Part shown: in pieces, positions 60,971-64,000 of the stretch
Layout: each line of letters begins with the position of its first letter
Position numbering within the stretch: the stretch's first letter is position 1
DNA from: Prorocentrum cordatum
Taxonomy: Eukaryota
Reading direction: 5' to 3'
Assembly (NCBI GenBank): GCA_963575745.1
Contig: CAUYUJ010000003.1
Span: forward strand, 868,001-932,000
Length of the DNA: 64,000 nucleotides
Position numbers and translations under genes: made by a program
Notes under the pieces: model-generated
Told to the model about the DNA's origin: nothing
The model's input: the letters and a program-made list of their open reading frames with translations, nothing else
The model's database searches: none

Positions 60971-61399
60971 GGGACGTAACTGGGGGAACCGCGGGGCGGA
61001 TCCTGGGGGGAACCGCCCGGGGCGAAGCCCACTGCCCGGCCCCTTTAAGATAGAGAGTAAGAACCCTTCTAGGCAGAGCCTAGGTAGGGAAAAATTGGGC
61101 AATGCCTCCAGGACGAGAACTGGCACAGGCTCCAGCCGGAGGCGCCCGCACAGCTCCCCACCGAGGAGGAGGAGGAGGAGGAGGAGGAGGAGGAGGAGGA
61201 GGCACAGCGGCAGCTGTAGCCCCACCCAGCTGCCCACAGGAGGCGCTCTCCCGCACCTGGGGCCAGCAGGCAGGCGCGCGCAGACTCCCGCGCCAGCCGG
61301 GCGGACGTAGACCGCAGCGCGGACCCGAGAATGCCTGGGGGGTCCCGGGCTCCTAGACACCGGGCTGCCCAACTTACCCGGCTACTGCGCCCCTCCACT

Positions 61400-63750
61400 G
61401 GGTCGAAGCGCTGGATCGACAAGTTGACAGCGGGCGAGATGGTCAGGCTAGTCGGCTACGTCAGGTGCAACTATGGCCCCGACATGAACCTGCATCGGAT
61501 CGCCTTCTCCTCCAGATACCTACCCAGGAACGCAGACAACGCCGCACCCGCCACTTCCTACAAACCCTGCGGGAGAATGGGCGCGCCCGCTCGGCCGGGA
61601 CCGTAGACTGCGACTCGTGGACATGAGAAGAGACGCGCCTGCAGTTCCGGTACGCGCACTTGGTGGAGTGGGCCACCAGCCAGGGCGAGAGGATCCAAAC
61701 CAGTTGGGAGAACTTCAGCCCGGTCCTTCCCAGTGGGTTCTCCAAGGTGCCCTCCCGGATGGACGAGGACATATTGTCAACCTTCCCGGTGACCCTAGGG
61801 CCAGGAGCGCTGCAAGGCCGGCGCACAGGCCGCCGGACATCCAGCACGAGGCACGCGCCCCGCCGCCGGTGGTGCCCGACGACCCCGCAGCAGCGCTGGT
61901 TGCCCTGGACCCACTGCCGCCCCTGGCCTGCCCCAGCCTGGCACGCCGGAAAGTGCATGCCAGGCCTCGGCGCGTCGAGGCAGGCTCGACCAAGCTCTCG
62001 CACACGTCATGGTCGACCACGCCCGCAAGCTGCGCTACAGCATCGACGGAGCATGGCGCGAGTTCGTGGAAGGGGAATGTGCCAAGGAGCACAGGAGGTA
62101 TGGAGAACGGACAGAGGACGCCAGGTGCTGGGCGCATGAAGAATGCCTGGCTTTCCTGACCGTTGTCTACAATGATGACATACCGCCAAGCGGGGTGCCA
62201 GATAATTGCCCCTGGGACGACGGGGGGCGCGCTGCCCTGGCAGACATCGTCGCCTGGGGGGTAGCAGGCAAAGGGAAGACAAAGGGAGCCGATAACCACT
62301 TCAAGCAGGTCTGGCGGAGCTTCCTAGGGACCAGAACCACGAAGAGGGGGTGCCGACCCCCTCCGCCATGACGCCAACACACGGGCAGCCTTACTGGACG
62401 GCGAAGGCATAAAGCGGATAGATGCAGCTCAGCTTGACGGCTATCTCAGTCCCGCCAAACCTGGATCCGGGATGCGCCGCCCAGCTTCGCCAGGGCGCGC
62501 GGAGAGCGTGGAGCGCGGGAAGCCGACCCGCGCACCGACCCGGAACCTGGCAGGCACGCAGCCGAGGGCTCTCCTCGCTCGGGCCACCACGAGGCGCCGC
62601 GCACCGCAGCACCGAGCGAGCCGCACGATGTTCTGGCCGGGGACGCCGTGGGCCAAGCCCCCGCGCCTAGCATCCGCGAGGTGCAGCTGGCCGGTTCCAA
62701 CCCCGACGTGGACGACGGCAAGACCAAAGATGCCAGCCCCAACGGGAGCCTTCCCCCGGACTGGGGCCCTAGCCCCAGCGGGTGCCACAGCGTCAGTGTC
62801 CCACCCGCCTCGCTGGGGGCGAGCGCGGGGGCTGCGTTAGGAGAAGGGTTCTGCCCCACGGTCAGACCCGTATTCTTTGGAATGCACAATGGACCCGCAC
62901 GTTTCGCCAGCGTCGGAGACTACATGTACACCAGGGACGATGCAGGTGAATACAGAGCGGCCTGCTGGTCCGCGCTACCCGACGAGCCCGGGGAACACCT
63001 CCTCTCGGACGCCTCCCGAGCAAGGATCCTAGAGCTGGTTGAAGAAATCAGACCGGGGCGACATCTGTGCGTTCGCATAGGCGAGTGCTGGCTCACGGTA
63101 TGGGATGGGCCCAGCCGGACACACCTGGCCTGGAAATCCCAACAGAGCAAGCCCTACAGGAACACCCGAAGAGCGTGGCGGGGGAAACCCAGACGCCTCG
63201 GGGGCCGCCTCCAGCATGGCCCAGGCCCCAGTCACGGACGCGCCCTACGAAGCCCGGGAGACCTGGAGACCCACCCATGGAAATCGGGACGAGACGGGGT
63301 GGACAAGAAATTGGTCTCACTGGAACCGGGACCGTGACAGGCAGCGGGACCGCGCTACCTGGGACGATAGAGCCTGCAGGTAAAAGTACCTCCGGCTGGA
63401 GGGACTGGGGGGAGCGACGGGGCCGGCTGTGCCGAACCCCCAGGTCTGGCATCCAGTGGTCACCGCAGTGGTCTCGGACAGAGAACAGGACTGAGACCTG
63501 GGCCGAGGTGCTCAATCACCTTAAAGGGGTGCGCGGCGCACTCTTCGTGGAATGATGGATGGAACAAGGCCTGCGACAAGCGGGGCAACAAGGGCCATGG
63601 CAAAGGCACCCACAATCCCAGAGGCCACGAGGAGTTCTGCCAGGCCTTCGTAGCGGAGTTGGCCACCGTCAACTACGACAGACGCCGCCTCTGCAACAAC
63701 AGGCGGCTGGACGTTGACTGAAACACGGCCTGGCGGCAGCAGCAAAGCCG
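61400..63750 (+). pseudogene. Fragmented coding-like region of unknown identity, possibly the 5' part of another retroelement
   Basis: Several protein-like plus-strand segments (62009-62371, 62840-63130, about 63490-63680) broken by frameshifts. No motif recognised. Confidence 0.3.
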
Positions 63751-64000
63751 CCAGGGGCAAACTGCCGGAAAAGGCGGGGAGGCAAGCGGCACAGCGGGGC
63801 CATCTGGCCTGCCCGCCTGCGAGGGCTCTGAGGTGCATGAAGCATTGTGGTCACCGGGGCGGCCCTGACAGCACTGCTGGCTCCCCGGCCTCACATTAGC
63901 GGGCGGGCGCCCAACCCAGGCGACCCACGCGCGTGTTCCACCAATCCGCGCACTAGTTAGGTGCAACCGTGTACCTGGCTGATATGACGACTGCGGTAGG

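Overview
GC-rich eukaryotic DNA, most likely dinoflagellate (inferred from a near-match to the dinoflagellate spliced leader, short GC-AG introns in AG|G context, and copia elements carrying cytosine-methyltransferase domains). It is almost entirely nested retroelements, microsatellites and pseudogenes. The standout is a young, apparently intact tyrosine-recombinase (YR) retrotransposon (45020-53620, minus strand). It has split direct repeats A1-[ORFs]-B1-A2-B2 and the unusual gene order YR > gag > RT/RNase H. At least 8, probably 10, GC-AG introns of 51-64 nt interrupt gag, the YR tail and the gag-pol linker; several are related in sequence, and splicing four of them repairs the apparent frameshifts exactly. 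This element is inserted just behind the primer-binding site of an old copia element (32925-53869, minus) that carries both dUTPase and C5-methyltransferase remnants. Also present: a second methyltransferase-bearing copia (11572-18604, plus, GGAGG target duplication), an RNase H-bearing LINE capped by a relict spliced leader (about 23500-31313, minus), two more LINE fragments, a MITE sitting in an RT catalytic motif, an intronless glycosyltransferase-like pseudogene, a MIB/HERC2-like fragment and several satellites. All calls were made by eye from the sequence and ORF track; no database search was run.
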